Below, piece by piece: positions 30,658 through 41,270 of a DNA stretch of 64,000 nucleotides. Under the pieces are notes generated by a model. It saw only the letters and a list, made by a program, of their open reading frames with translations, made no database searches and had not been told where the DNA came from. Positions within the stretch are counted from its first letter, which is position 1, and each line of letters opens with the position of its first letter. The position numbers and the translations under genes are program-made. The DNA comes from Alphaproteobacteria bacterium (GTDB taxonomy: Bacteria > Pseudomonadota > Alphaproteobacteria > GM7ARS4 > CBDIDI01), in contig OZ255830.1 of the NCBI GenBank assembly GCA_965277685.1, positions 1,553,650 to 1,617,649 on the forward strand. Direction: 5' to 3'.

Positions 30658-31247
30658 CGTGTATCGCCCATATCATCCGCGTGTCGTCACGGCGCGTATC
30701 ATCGGCGTATCGTCATGACGTGTATGGTTCATATCATCCGCGTATCGTCACGACGGCGTTGCCCGGATCGGCCGATGGGCATCTTGCCGTTGCCCGAACA
30801 AGATGGGCGGCAAGCGATGATTGCTTGGAAGGGGAAAATGCCCGGCCGATGGGCCCGACCGATGCCCGAACAAGATGGGCGGCAAGCGATGATTGCTTGG
30901 AAGGGGAAAATGCCCGGCCGATGGGCCCTACCGATGCGACCGATGCCCGAACAAGATGGGCGGCAAGCGATGATTGCTTGGAAGGGGAAAAAGCCCGGCC
31001 GATGGGGCCGACCGATGCGGGCGATGCCCGAACAAGATGGGCGGCAAACGATGATTGCTTGGAAGGGGAAAATGCCCGACCGATGGGGCCGACCGATGCG
31101 GGCGATGCCCGAACAAGATGGGCGGCAAACGATGATTGCTTGGAAGGGGAAAATGCCCGACCGATGGGGCCGACCGATGGATACGTTTCCGATATGTTTA
31201 ATGCGTATGGCGGCGCGAATCCGTGGATGGAAAGGGGGAAGGTGTGA
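30654..31247 (+). CDS. Repeat-derived hypothetical ORF bridging nuoF and nuoG
   Basis: ATGA overlap with the nuoF stop and GTGA overlap with the nuoG start; consists of five [24 protein letters not shown] units. Protein-coding status unproven. Confidence 0.4.
   Translation: MTCIAHIIRVSSRRVSSAYRHDVYGSYHPRIVTTALPGSADGHLAVARTRWAASDDCLEGENARPMGPTDARTRWAASDDCLEGENARPMGPTDATDARTRWAASDDCLEGEKARPMGPTDAGDARTRWAANDDCLEGENARPMGPTDAGDARTRWAANDDCLEGENARPMGPTDGYVSDMFNAYGGANPWMERGKV
30791..31178. repeat. 72/81-bp tandem repeat, 5 copies
   Basis: TGCCCGAACAAGATGGGCGGCAA recurs at 30791, 30863, 30944, 31025 and 31106; a 61-bp duplication at 30650/30711 precedes it. Confidence 0.92.
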
Positions 31248-33445
31248 AAAAATCATGCACCATCACGATTGACGGGCGTGCGGTCGAAATCCGCCCCGGC
31301 CAGACGGTGTTTCAGGCCTGTGTTGCCCAAGGGGTCGAGATCCCCCATTTTTGCTATCACGAAAGATTGTCGATCGCGGGCAATTGCCGTATGTGCTTGG
31401 TCGAAATGGAAGGATCGCCAAAGCCGATCGCTTCATGCGCGATGCCGGTCATGGATAAGATGGTGATCCGCACCGATACGCCGATGGTGCGCGAGGCAAG
31501 GCGCGGTGTTCTTGAATTTCTTCTGATTAACCATCCGCTCGACTGCCCGATTTGCGACCAAGGGGGCGAATGCGATTTGCAAGATTTAGCCATGCATTAC
31601 GGCCAGTTCGAAAGCCGCTTTCATGAAAACAAGCGCAGCGTGGCCGAAAAAGATTTCGGCCCCTTGATTAAAACCGAAATGACACGATGCATCCATTGCA
31701 CACGATGCATTCGTTTTGCCACCGAGGTGGCCGGGGTCGAGGATCTTGGGGCAACCGGACGCGGCGGTGATATGGAGGTTGGCACCTACGTCAAAAAGGC
31801 CCTGCGTAGCGAAATGTCGGGCAATATGATTGATTTGTGTCCGGTTGGCGCGCTTAACTCAAAGCCTTATTCCCTGACCGCGCGCGCGTGGGAGATGACC
31901 AAAACGCAAACCATCGATGTCATGGACGCGGTCGGGTCGCACATTCGGGTCGATAGTTTCGGATCCCAGGTCATGCGTGTGCTTCCGCGTCTTCGCGACG
32001 ATATTAACGAGGAATGGATTTCCGATAAAAGCCGCTTTTCCTATGATGCCCTTGGTTTGCAGCGTCTCGATCGTCCTTGGCTTCGCGTCGATGGCCGATT
32101 GGTGCCGGTGTCATGGCAAAAGGCCTTTGAGGTCGGGGCCGAAAAATTGCGCCAATCGCGACCGGGGCGGATCGCCGCCATCGCCGGGGATATGTGTTGC
32201 CTTGAATCGATGCAGGCATTGAAAGACTTGATGCGTGGATTGGGAAGCCCCCATACCGATTGCCGCCAGGATGGTGCCGCCCTCGATGCCGGTGTGCGCG
32301 CCTCTTATTTGTTTAACAGCACGATTGCCGGGATCGAAGACGCCGATGCCTGTTTATTGATCGGCACCAACCCGCGATGGGAAGCGGCCTTGATCAATGC
32401 CCGTCTTTTGAAGCGGTCAAAAATGGGGGGCTTTGCCGCCGCCGGTGTCGGTCCGGTGTGGGATCTTGGCTGGCCGGTCGATGCCCTCGGCACGGATGCC
32501 GGTATTCTTGAAGCGATTGCCGATGGCCGCCATTCCTTTGCCAAGGTATTGAAAAAGGCAAAACGGGCGATGCTGATTATCGGTATGGCCGCGCTGACCC
32601 GCCCCGATGGTGCGGCCATCATGCGCTTGGCCGGGCGAATTGCCGCGAATAGCGCGATGATTGTCGATGGTTGGAACGGCTTTAACGTCTTGCACACGGC
32701 CGCGGCCCGGGTCGGCGGTTTGGATATCGGCTTTCTTCCCGGCCCGGGCGGTTTTGATACCGCCGCCATCGTGGCCGGGGCGGGGAAGGGCGATCTGGAT
32801 GTCCTTTGGCTGCTTGGGGCCGATGAATTGATCGATGCCGAGGGCAGGCCCCATGATTTCGGTCGAACTTTCGTCATCTATCAAGGGCATCATGGCGACC
32901 GGGGCGCGGCCGGGGCCGATTTGGTTTTGCCGGGCGCGGCATACACCGAAAAGAATGCCACTTACGTCAATACCGAGGGTCGCTATCAAGAAGCAACACG
33001 GGCGATCATGCCACCGGGAATGGCCCGTGACGATTGGTTGATCATACGTACTCTTGCCGAAAAGATTAAGAATGAAAATGTCGTTAAATCAATGCCTTAT
33101 AAAGATATATTAAAGCTCCGCATGAATATACAAGAACCATCGCGGGGATCGGATGATGACGGTTCTTGGCTGGCCTCGATCGGCGATGATGGTTCCTTGC
33201 TTTATGATCAAATGGGGCTTCAGGATCAATCGGGGCGTCACGATCAACCGGGGCGGGGCGCGGTGCCGGCAACGGGACGGCAATGGCCCGCGGCGGTGCC
33301 CGATTTTTATCTCAGCGATGCCATTTCCCGATCGTCGCCGACAATGGCAAAATGCGCGCGCGCATTTTACGCGGATTTGGATGGTTCTTATTCGGTTGCT
33401 TCCGCCGGGTCAAAGACCGCCGCACCCAAGAAAGGGATGCCATGA
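31244..33445 (+). CDS. nuoG: NADH-quinone oxidoreductase subunit G
   Basis: [49 protein letters not shown]. Confidence 0.97.
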   Translation: MKKSCTITIDGRAVEIRPGQTVFQACVAQGVEIPHFCYHERLSIAGNCRMCLVEMEGSPKPIASCAMPVMDKMVIRTDTPMVREARRGVLEFLLINHPLDCPICDQGGECDLQDLAMHYGQFESRFHENKRSVAEKDFGPLIKTEMTRCIHCTRCIRFATEVAGVEDLGATGRGGDMEVGTYVKKALRSEMSGNMIDLCPVGALNSKPYSLTARAWEMTKTQTIDVMDAVGSHIRVDSFGSQVMRVLPRLRDDINEEWISDKSRFSYDALGLQRLDRPWLRVDGRLVPVSWQKAFEVGAEKLRQSRPGRIAAIAGDMCCLESMQALKDLMRGLGSPHTDCRQDGAALDAGVRASYLFNSTIAGIEDADACLLIGTNPRWEAALINARLLKRSKMGGFAAAGVGPVWDLGWPVDALGTDAGILEAIADGRHSFAKVLKKAKRAMLIIGMAALTRPDGAAIMRLAGRIAANSAMIVDGWNGFNVLHTAAARVGGLDIGFLPGPGGFDTAAIVAGAGKGDLDVLWLLGADELIDAEGRPHDFGRTFVIYQGHHGDRGAAGADLVLPGAAYTEKNATYVNTEGRYQEATRAIMPPGMARDDWLIIRTLAEKIKNENVVKSMPYKDILKLRMNIQEPSRGSDDDGSWLASIGDDGSLLYDQMGLQDQSGRHDQPGRGAVPATGRQWPAAVPDFYLSDAISRSSPTMAKCARAFYADLDGSYSVASAGSKTAAPKKGMP

Positions 33446-34422
33446 TGGATGCGCTGATTCTGATTGGCTATATCCTGGCGATTATCATACCGGTCATGCT
33501 GGCGGTGGCTTGGTTGACGTGGTACGAAAGAAAAGTGATTGCGGCGATGCAATTACGGCGTGGGCCGAATGTCGTCGGGCCATTCGGTTTATTGCAACCC
33601 ATTGCCGACGGCATCAAGCTTTTATGCAAGGAAACCATTATTCCAAGCGGCTCCAATCGCACGTTGTTTATTCTGGCCCCGATTTTAACCTTTGCCTTGG
33701 CTTTGGTCGCATGGGCGGTCATTCCTTTCGGTCAAGGCCTGGTTTTTGCCAACATCAATGTCGGCGTGTTGTATCTGTTTGCGATTTCCTCCCTTGGTGT
33801 TTACGGAATCATTATTTCCGGATGGGCCAGCAATTCACGCTATGCCTTTCTTGGGGCGTTGCGCAGTGCCGCGCAGATGATTTCCTATGAGGTCTCGCTG
33901 GGTTTTATTCTGATCAGCGTCGTGCTTGCGGCCGGTTCGATGAATTTATCCGATATTGTCGAAGCCCAACGCCGTGTGTGGTTTGTCGTGCCGATGTTGC
34001 CGATGTTTGTCGTTTTTATTATTTCGGCCCTGGCCGAAACCAATCGGGCGCCGTTCGATTTACCGGAAGCCGAGGCCGAGTTGGTCGCCGGATATCACGT
34101 TGAATATTCGTCGATGATGTTTGCCCTCTTCTTTTTGGGCGAATACGCCAATATGATTTTGATGAGTGCGATGGCCTCGATCTTTTTTCTGGGTGGGTGG
34201 CTTTCTCCCTTTGATATGGTTCCTTTCACCTTGATTCCGGGGCCGTTGTGGTTGATCTTAAAGATTGTTGCCGTGCTTTTCCTGTTTATTTGGATCCGGG
34301 CGACTCTTCCCCGCTATCGCTATGATCAGTTGATGCGTTTGGGGTGGAAGATATTTTTGCCCCTGACATTGATTTGGATGTGTCTTGTTGCGGGTGTGGT
34401 CGCTTTTCGGGCCGCGCCATAA
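33442..34422 (+). CDS. nuoH: NADH-quinone oxidoreductase subunit H
   Basis: [41 protein letters not shown]. Confidence 0.97.
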   Translation: MMDALILIGYILAIIIPVMLAVAWLTWYERKVIAAMQLRRGPNVVGPFGLLQPIADGIKLLCKETIIPSGSNRTLFILAPILTFALALVAWAVIPFGQGLVFANINVGVLYLFAISSLGVYGIIISGWASNSRYAFLGALRSAAQMISYEVSLGFILISVVLAAGSMNLSDIVEAQRRVWFVVPMLPMFVVFIISALAETNRAPFDLPEAEAELVAGYHVEYSSMMFALFFLGEYANMILMSAMASIFFLGGWLSPFDMVPFTLIPGPLWLILKIVAVLFLFIWIRATLPRYRYDQLMRLGWKIFLPLTLIWMCLVAGVVAFRAAP

Positions 34423-34925
34423 TGATGGTGACGATGAAAAAACGAATTCTATACCACTTGCGATCCATCTTCTTGTGGGATCTTCTTCGTGGCCTGTGGT
34501 TGACCGGGCGCTATTTCTTTCGCCGCAAGGTGACCTTGGACTACCCCCACGAGAAGGGGCCTCTTTCCCCCCGATTTCGTGGCGAGCATGCCTTGCGCCG
34601 TTATCCTTCCGGTGAAGAACGATGCATCGCTTGCAAATTGTGCGAGGCGATCTGTCCGGCCCAAGCGATTATGATCGAGTCCGAGCCACGCGCCGACGGC
34701 AGCCGCCGCGCAAGCCGCTATGATATCGATATGACCAAATGCATTTATTGCGGTCTATGTGAGGAAGCCTGCCCGGTCGATGCGATCGTCGAAGGGCCGA
34801 ATTTTGAATTTTCGACCTTTAGCCGCGAGGAGCTTTTTTACGACAAAGAGCGTCTTCTCGATAATGGGGATCGATGGGAGGCGGAAATTGCCGCGCGCCT
34901 GGATAGTGATGAACCATGGAGATGA
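34422..34925 (+). CDS. nuoI: NADH-quinone oxidoreductase subunit I
   Basis: [12 protein letters not shown] and [12 protein letters not shown] ferredoxin motifs. Confidence 0.97.
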   Translation: MMVTMKKRILYHLRSIFLWDLLRGLWLTGRYFFRRKVTLDYPHEKGPLSPRFRGEHALRRYPSGEERCIACKLCEAICPAQAIMIESEPRADGSRRASRYDIDMTKCIYCGLCEEACPVDAIVEGPNFEFSTFSREELFYDKERLLDNGDRWEAEIAARLDSDEPWR

Positions 34926-35359
34926 TAGTCGCCATGACAATGCGCATAACACGGCTCATAACGGGGGCAATGACAATGGTAATTCCGGGGGTAATGCCGG
35001 GGGCACATAGGGCGCCCGGGGGCTTTGATGGAATCGGCAACACGGCGGGCTTTGATTCCTTCCTATGGCCCGGGCTAAAGCAAGAAATGGGACACCCCCC
35101 ATTGCCAAAGCGAGAAGCGGGGCAACCCCCATTGCTAAGGCAAGAAATGGGGCAAGAAGCAGGGCGAGAAATGGGACACCCCCCATTGCTAAGGCAAGAA
35201 GCGGGGCGAGAAATGGGGCGAGAAGCGGGGCAACCCCCATTGCCAAAGCGAGAAATGGGGCAAGAAGCGGGGCAACCTCCATTGCTAAGGCGAGAAATGG
35301 GGCAAGAAGTGGGGCAAGCGCGTGGGTATGGCCCGGTCGCACGGATGGGGCATCGATGA
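34922..35359 (+). CDS. Repeat-derived hypothetical ORF bridging nuoI and nuoJ
   Basis: In-frame ATG at 34922 overlaps the nuoI TGA (ATGA); its own TGA overlaps the nuoJ ATG; built from EMG/EAG/QPPL units. Coding status unproven. Confidence 0.35.
   Translation: MIVAMTMRITRLITGAMTMVIPGVMPGAHRAPGGFDGIGNTAGFDSFLWPGLKQEMGHPPLPKREAGQPPLLRQEMGQEAGREMGHPPLLRQEAGREMGREAGQPPLPKREMGQEAGQPPLLRREMGQEVGQARGYGPVARMGHR
35077..35320. repeat. Mosaic tandem repeat of 12-bp (GAGAAATGGGGC / AAGAAGCGGGGC) and 18-bp (AACCCCCATTGC(C/T)AA(A/G)GC) modules
   Basis: Read directly between nuoI and nuoJ. Confidence 0.85.
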
Positions 35360-35955
35360 TGGCCGATGCGGTCTTTTTTCTGTTCGCCACGATCGCGGCC
35401 TTTTCGGCCATGATGGTGATTGGTGCGCGCAATCCGGTGGTTGCCGTATTATTCTTAATCCTGGCCTTTTTTAATATTGCCGCGCTTTTTTTGATGCTGT
35501 CGGCCGAATTTCTCGCGATGGTTCTGATTATTGTCTATGTCGGGGCGGTGGCGGTGCTTTTTCTGTTTGTCATCATGATGCTGAATATTGACTTCACCCT
35601 TCTGCGCCGGCGGTTTTTGCAGTATTTCCCGATCGCTCTATTGGCCGGTGGAATTCTTCTGGTCGAGTTGATGGTGGCGTTCTCGCAGTGGCCGGATTTT
35701 TCGGCATCCGCTTTTTCATTGCCCGGATATGACAACAATACCCTTGCGATTGGCCGGGTTCTTTACACCGATTATTTTTATCCTTTCCAGATTGTCGGGC
35801 TTATTCTGCTGACGGCCATGATTGGCGCCATTGTTCTTGCCCTGCGCGAGGAAAAGGATGCCCGCCGCCAGGATAGTGCCGCGCAAAGCGCGATCGACAG
35901 CAAGGAACGAATCACCCTTGTCGATGCCGATTTACATGCCGGGGTATCGGAATGA
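35356..35955 (+). CDS. nuoJ: NADH-quinone oxidoreductase subunit J
   Basis: ARNPVVAVLFL, VYVGAVAVLFLFVIMML, LTAMIGAIVL. Confidence 0.95.
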   Translation: MMADAVFFLFATIAAFSAMMVIGARNPVVAVLFLILAFFNIAALFLMLSAEFLAMVLIIVYVGAVAVLFLFVIMMLNIDFTLLRRRFLQYFPIALLAGGILLVELMVAFSQWPDFSASAFSLPGYDNNTLAIGRVLYTDYFYPFQIVGLILLTAMIGAIVLALREEKDARRQDSAAQSAIDSKERITLVDADLHAGVSE

Positions 35956-36263
35956 TTCCGGTATCCTTGCTGCATTATCTGATTCTGGCGGCGGTATTGT
36001 TTGTCCTTGGTCTGATTGGGGTATTCATCAATCGCCGCAATTTTATCGTTGTCTTGATGTCGATCGAATTGATTCTTCTGGCGGTCGGTATCAATTTTGT
36101 CGTGTTTTCGGCCATGTTTGCCGATATCTCCGGACAGATTTTCACCCTTTTCATTCTTGCCGTTGCGGCGGCGGAAGCGGCCGTCGGTCTTGCCCTTGTG
36201 ACGGTCTTTTTTCGGATCACGGGATCGATCAATGTCGATGATATCCGTAGTATGAAACATTGA
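35952..36263 (+). CDS. nuoK: NADH-quinone oxidoreductase subunit K
   Basis: LMSIELIL, VAAAEAAVGLAL. Confidence 0.96.
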   Translation: MIPVSLLHYLILAAVLFVLGLIGVFINRRNFIVVLMSIELILLAVGINFVVFSAMFADISGQIFTLFILAVAAAEAAVGLALVTVFFRITGSINVDDIRSMKH

Positions 36264-38215
36264 ACGCTTGGCTTGGAATATCGGTCTTGGCCTTGCCGCT
36301 TATCGCGGCATTGTCCGGTTGGGGTGCATGTCGGTGGGTGTGCGGGCGGCGGATTGCCATCGCTATTTCGGCGTGTGTCGCCCTTGCCGCGCTTTTGGCA
36401 TTGATTCTTTTGATTATGGTGATCGATGCACCGTTTCATCAATCGATCGTTCTTGCCCCTTGGATCGAGCTGGATAAAAGCAGCATTGATTGGGCGATCC
36501 GATTAAATCCGTTGTCGATCATGATGATGGCGTTGGTCACGTTCATTTCCGCCCTCGTCCATGTCTATGCGATCGGCTATATGGCGAACGATCGCGGCCT
36601 TGCTCGATTTTTCGCTTATTTGTCCTTGTTTACCTTTTCGATGCTGGTTTTGGTCAGTGCCGATAACCTCGTTTTGCTTTTTTTGGGCTGGGAGGGGGTT
36701 GGTCTGTGTTCCTATCTGTTAATCGGCTTTTGGTACGAGAAACCATCGGCGAATAGCGCGGCGATCAAGGCCTTTGTCGTTAATCGCATCGGCGATAGTG
36801 CCTTTGTTCTTGGTCTATGTGCATTATTCGCGTCTTACGGCACCTTGCAGATCGATGATTTATTTCGGGCGGTTCAAGCGGATCCGGGGGCGGATACGCT
36901 TCTCTTCGCCCAGCCGGTATCAACGGTTCTATTGGCATCGTTGCTGATTTTCTTTGGCGCGATGGGAAAATCGGCCCAGATCGGTCTGCATGTATGGTTG
37001 CCCGACGCGATGGAGGGCCCAACGCCGGTATCCGCGCTTATTCACGCGGCGACGATGGTGACGGCCGGGGTTTTTGTCGTCGCGCTTTTATCGCCCCTTT
37101 ACGCCTTGGCCCCGTCGGTGCGGGATATTATTCTTCTGGTCGGCGGGGCCAGTGCCTTTTTTGCCGCCGCCGCCGCGATGGCGCAAAGCGATATCAAAAG
37201 GGCAATTGCCTGGTCCACATGTTCCCAGCTTGGCTATATGTTCGTTGCCCTTGGATTGTCGGCCTGGGGGGCGGCGATGTTTCATCTGATGACCCACGCT
37301 TTTTTCAAAGGCTTGCTGTTTCTTGGGGCCGGGGCGGTCATCCATGCCCTTGATGGAGAGCAAAGGATGGAAAAAATGGGTGGATTGTGGCGCGTGCTTC
37401 CCTACAGCTGCGTTCTTATGGCGATCGGGGCGGCGGCCCTTGCCGGTGTGCCGTTTTTATCCGGCTATTACTCTAAAGATTTAATCATGGAAATCGCTTG
37501 GGGCGAGGGCACGCCGGCATCGAAAGCGGCCTTTTTCCTTGCTTTTGCGGCCTTGTTTTTGACCGCTTTTTATTCGGCCCGCGTGATTTTTATGACGTTT
37601 TTCGCGCGCCGGAATCAAAGCGGCAAGGTGCACGCCGAGAATGCGGTGATGTGGGTGCCGATGGTGGTTCTGGCATTCGGGGCTTTATTCGGTGGCATGA
37701 TCGGATATTCCATTTTTGTCGGCGATGCCCAGCATCGTTTTTGGAACGGGGCTTTGGAATATACCCTCTTCCAAAGGGCGTTGGATGCGGCCGATAGCAC
37801 GCCGCTGATTTGGATGCAGGTCGCGATCTGGGCGGCGATTGCCTTGGCGGTTTTACTTTACTTAAGACCGGTTCGATTTTTGGAAGAAATCGGCAAAACC
37901 ATGCCGGCCCGATCGATATTATCGCGCTGTGGAACGGTGCTGTGGGGTTTTCTGGGTGATGGATGGCGGTTTGACGCGCTTTACACGATGGTCGTTACTC
38001 GCCCCCTTTATGCCATGGCCCTGTGGCTTGCGCGTTTCTTTGAAAGCGGGGTGATTGACCGTTTCGGGCCCGACGGCATGGCCCGCGTCATCACCGCAAC
38101 CGGGCGCCAAACCGCCTTTTTACACAGCGGCTATCTTTACCATTACGCAATGGTGATGATCATCGGTATTGTCTTTTTGCTGTTTTGGGGCAACCTCCAT
38201 TTCGGGTTCGGTTGA
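36260..38215 (+). CDS. nuoL: NADH-quinone oxidoreductase subunit L
   Basis: GWEGVGLCSYLLIGFW, GKSAQIGLHVWLPDAMEGPTPVSALIHAATMV. Confidence 0.96.
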   Translation: MNAWLGISVLALPLIAALSGWGACRWVCGRRIAIAISACVALAALLALILLIMVIDAPFHQSIVLAPWIELDKSSIDWAIRLNPLSIMMMALVTFISALVHVYAIGYMANDRGLARFFAYLSLFTFSMLVLVSADNLVLLFLGWEGVGLCSYLLIGFWYEKPSANSAAIKAFVVNRIGDSAFVLGLCALFASYGTLQIDDLFRAVQADPGADTLLFAQPVSTVLLASLLIFFGAMGKSAQIGLHVWLPDAMEGPTPVSALIHAATMVTAGVFVVALLSPLYALAPSVRDIILLVGGASAFFAAAAAMAQSDIKRAIAWSTCSQLGYMFVALGLSAWGAAMFHLMTHAFFKGLLFLGAGAVIHALDGEQRMEKMGGLWRVLPYSCVLMAIGAAALAGVPFLSGYYSKDLIMEIAWGEGTPASKAAFFLAFAALFLTAFYSARVIFMTFFARRNQSGKVHAENAVMWVPMVVLAFGALFGGMIGYSIFVGDAQHRFWNGALEYTLFQRALDAADSTPLIWMQVAIWAAIALAVLLYLRPVRFLEEIGKTMPARSILSRCGTVLWGFLGDGWRFDALYTMVVTRPLYAMALWLARFFESGVIDRFGPDGMARVITATGRQTAFLHSGYLYHYAMVMIIGIVFLLFWGNLHFGFG

Positions 38216-39795
38216 TGATCGATACATCCTTTCCCATTCTTTCCTTGATGACCTTCCTGCCGCTTTTGTCGGTGGGATTTATTCTTGCCATCCGCGGAGC
38301 GCCCGGCCCGGTCGCCGCCAATGCCCGCAGTCTTGCCTTGTGGACATCGGCCGTGAACGGCTTGTTGCTGATGGTGCTGGTCGGCACATTCGATCACGAT
38401 CGGGCCGGATTCCAATTTGTCGAGAACATGGAATGGCTGGCCTCCCTGTCGATCCAGTATCGGATGGGGGTGGACGGGATATCGCTTTGGTTTATTGCCT
38501 TATCGGTCTTGCTTATTCCGATTTGTATTTTGGCATCCGCCTCGATCAAGGACAGAACCCGCGAATACATGGCGTTGTTGATGGTATCGCAAACCTTGCT
38601 GATCGGGACTTTCAGCGCCCTTGACGCGGTTGTTTTTTACCTTTTCTTCGAGGGCTCTCTTATTCCGATGTTTTTGATTATCGGTATATGGGGTCATTCG
38701 GCAAGGGTGTTTGCCGCTTTTAAATTCTTCCTTTATACCCTGGCCGGATCGGTGCTTTTTCTGGTGGCGATTTTGGTGTTGCACAATCAGGTCGGCAGTA
38801 CCGATATCGAGGATTTAGCCGCCGCTACCTTGTCGCCATCCTTGCAATATTGGCTGTGGTGGGCATTTTTTGCATCCTTTGCGATTAAAATTCCGATGTG
38901 GCCGTTTCACACATGGTTGCCGGCGGCCCACGTCCAGGCACCAACCGGCGGTTCGGTGCTGCTGGCCGGGGTATTATTAAAACTTGGTGGATATGGATTT
39001 TTGCGTTTTTCACTGCCGATTCTGCCCGATGCCAGTGACGTATTCGCCCCGGTGATTTTCGTCTTAAGCGCGATTGGCGTGATTTACGCATCCTTTGTCG
39101 CTTGGGGGCAAAGCGATATGAAGAAATTGATTGCCTATTCCTCGGTGGCGCATATGGCGTTCGTGACCGCCGGTATTTTTACCTTTGATGCCCAAGGCGT
39201 GAACGGCGCCGTGTTTCAAATGGTATCGCACGGATTGGTATCGGCCATGTTGTTCGTATCGGTCGGCTTTTTATACGATCGGGTCGGCACCTATCACATT
39301 GCCCATTTTCGGCGCTATGCCGTTTTGGCAAAGGCCATGCCGTTTTTTGCCGTGCTTTATATGGTTGCGTCCCTTGCCGCCCTTGGTCTGCCGATAACCA
39401 GCGCGTTTGTCGGTGAGTTCTTGACATTATTGGCAAGTTGGAAAGTATCGATCCTCTTGGCGGCAAGTCTTGCCTTCGGCATGATCTTAAGCGCGGTGTA
39501 TATGCTGGGCCTGTATCGCGACATTCTTTTTGTCGGTATCGATCAAAGCGCATCTAAGGATAAGGCCGCGCCGCCGGCAAAAACCGAAGAGAAAGACCCC
39601 GATGCGGCGATGTTGGCGGATTTGACCGGTCGCGAATTGACGTGCCTTGTGCCTTTGGCCCTTTTGGTGTTGGTGGCGGGTATCTTGCCTATGCTTTTTC
39701 TGGATACGGTCGAGCCAAGCGTCAGTGATATGCTGGGCCGTTTTTCCCAGCGTTTGACCCCCGGCTTTTCGCCGATCCCGGAATGGTTGCATTGA
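38215..39795 (+). CDS. nuoM: NADH-quinone oxidoreductase subunit M
   Basis: MGVDGIS, KIPMWPFHTWLPAAHVQAPT, KKLIAYSSVAHM. Confidence 0.96.
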   Translation: MIDTSFPILSLMTFLPLLSVGFILAIRGAPGPVAANARSLALWTSAVNGLLLMVLVGTFDHDRAGFQFVENMEWLASLSIQYRMGVDGISLWFIALSVLLIPICILASASIKDRTREYMALLMVSQTLLIGTFSALDAVVFYLFFEGSLIPMFLIIGIWGHSARVFAAFKFFLYTLAGSVLFLVAILVLHNQVGSTDIEDLAAATLSPSLQYWLWWAFFASFAIKIPMWPFHTWLPAAHVQAPTGGSVLLAGVLLKLGGYGFLRFSLPILPDASDVFAPVIFVLSAIGVIYASFVAWGQSDMKKLIAYSSVAHMAFVTAGIFTFDAQGVNGAVFQMVSHGLVSAMLFVSVGFLYDRVGTYHIAHFRRYAVLAKAMPFFAVLYMVASLAALGLPITSAFVGEFLTLLASWKVSILLAASLAFGMILSAVYMLGLYRDILFVGIDQSASKDKAAPPAKTEEKDPDAAMLADLTGRELTCLVPLALLVLVAGILPMLFLDTVEPSVSDMLGRFSQRLTPGFSPIPEWLH

Positions 39796-41264
39796 TGATT
39801 GACGCATTTTTTCAATATCGGGGATTATTACCGGAATTCGTCCTGGGCGGCGGGATTTTATTGCTGCTTCTGGGGGCTTCGATACGGCCACATAAAGATC
39901 GTTATTTCGTTCAGATCGGATCTTTTTTTCTTATCTGTCTGACTCTTTTGTTGGTGATTCTACAGCCCTTTTTTCCCGCCCTGGCCAATCCATCGGCTTT
40001 TTTCGTTGTCGACGCATTGTCCCATTATGCCGATATTTTGATTCTTTGCGCGGCGGCCATCGTTCTTGTCGTCGGCCACGAAGAAGCGATGGAGCGCGCC
40101 CATATCGAATATCCTTTGTTGGTATTATTGGCCGCGCTCGGCATGATGGTGATGGTTGGCGCGCGCGATCTTTTGCCCCTTTACTTGGGTCTTGAGTTGC
40201 AGAATTTGGCTTTGTGTATCTTAATTGCCCTTCTGCGCGAACACCGCCGCCCGGTCGAAGCGGCCTTGAAATTCTTTGCCCTTGGGGCATTGTCGTCCGG
40301 CATCCTTTTATATGGTTTTTCCCTGCTTTACGGTGTCGTCGGCGCGACATCTTTTGACGCGATCAGTCTTGCCTTATCGAATGCGGGGGGCGGGGCGGCT
40401 TTGCCCGGAACGGGATATGACGCATTTCTTTTGATTATGATAGCGATGGTTCTGGTTCTATCCGGCATGGCCTTCAAGATTGGGGCCGCGCCTTTTCATA
40501 TGTGGGTTCCGGACGTTTATCAGGGCACACCGCCATCGGTGCTTGCCTATCTTGCGACGGCACCCAAGATTGCCGCTATCGCGGTTCTTTTGCGCTTGGT
40601 TTACGATCCATTCCTTGGTCTTTTTGATGAAGTGCGCCATGTCATTGCCTTTCTTGCCCTGATGTCGATGGTCGTCGGTTCGCTGGCCGCTTTGGTCCAG
40701 AGCGATATTCGGCGGCTTCTCGCCTATGCCTCGATCGCCCAAATCGGATTTTTGCTAACGGGATTATTGTCGAATGATTATGAAGGGGTCGGGGGGATCT
40801 TCCTCTACATGGTGATCTATCTTCTTTCGACATTGGCCGCCTTTAGTTTGATAAGCGTGTTGTCCCATCGACGCCGGCCGATTCAAAATATTTCCGAATT
40901 ATCCGGCCTATCGACGACGCATCCCGGGTGCGCGCTCGTCCTTGCCGTTATTTTGCTGACCATGGCCGGTATTCCGCCCCTGGCCGGTTTTTTCGCTAAA
41001 TTCAGCGTTTTCATATCCGCGATCGCCTATCATCCGTGGATCATCGTCATGGCCGTTTTGATGAGTGCGGTGAGCGCCTTTTATTACCTCAAAATTATTA
41101 AAATCATGTATTTCGATAAAGTATTGCGGCCCCTTGACGCGCCGGTTCGCCGTGATGTCATGCTTTTGGTGACGGCGGTGGCGATATTTCTTGCCCTGTT
41201 TGTGTTCTTCTCCGGTCCGTTTTCGACAATGATGATTTCGATCGGACAATCCTTCGTCGGTTGA
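39795..41264 (+). CDS. nuoN: NADH-quinone oxidoreductase subunit N
   Basis: FKIGAAPFHMWVPDVYQG, RRLLAYASI, AGIPPLAGFFAKF. Confidence 0.95.
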   Translation: MIDAFFQYRGLLPEFVLGGGILLLLLGASIRPHKDRYFVQIGSFFLICLTLLLVILQPFFPALANPSAFFVVDALSHYADILILCAAAIVLVVGHEEAMERAHIEYPLLVLLAALGMMVMVGARDLLPLYLGLELQNLALCILIALLREHRRPVEAALKFFALGALSSGILLYGFSLLYGVVGATSFDAISLALSNAGGGAALPGTGYDAFLLIMIAMVLVLSGMAFKIGAAPFHMWVPDVYQGTPPSVLAYLATAPKIAAIAVLLRLVYDPFLGLFDEVRHVIAFLALMSMVVGSLAALVQSDIRRLLAYASIAQIGFLLTGLLSNDYEGVGGIFLYMVIYLLSTLAAFSLISVLSHRRRPIQNISELSGLSTTHPGCALVLAVILLTMAGIPPLAGFFAKFSVFISAIAYHPWIIVMAVLMSAVSAFYYLKIIKIMYFDKVLRPLDAPVRRDVMLLVTAVAIFLALFVFFSGPFSTMMISIGQSFVG

Positions 41265-41270
41265 TGCTTT

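Noticed and set aside
30791-31178. CRISPR array
   Set aside because: Units are contiguous near-identical copies with no unique spacers, and there are no cas genes. The same applies to 5547-5652 and 56455-56765.
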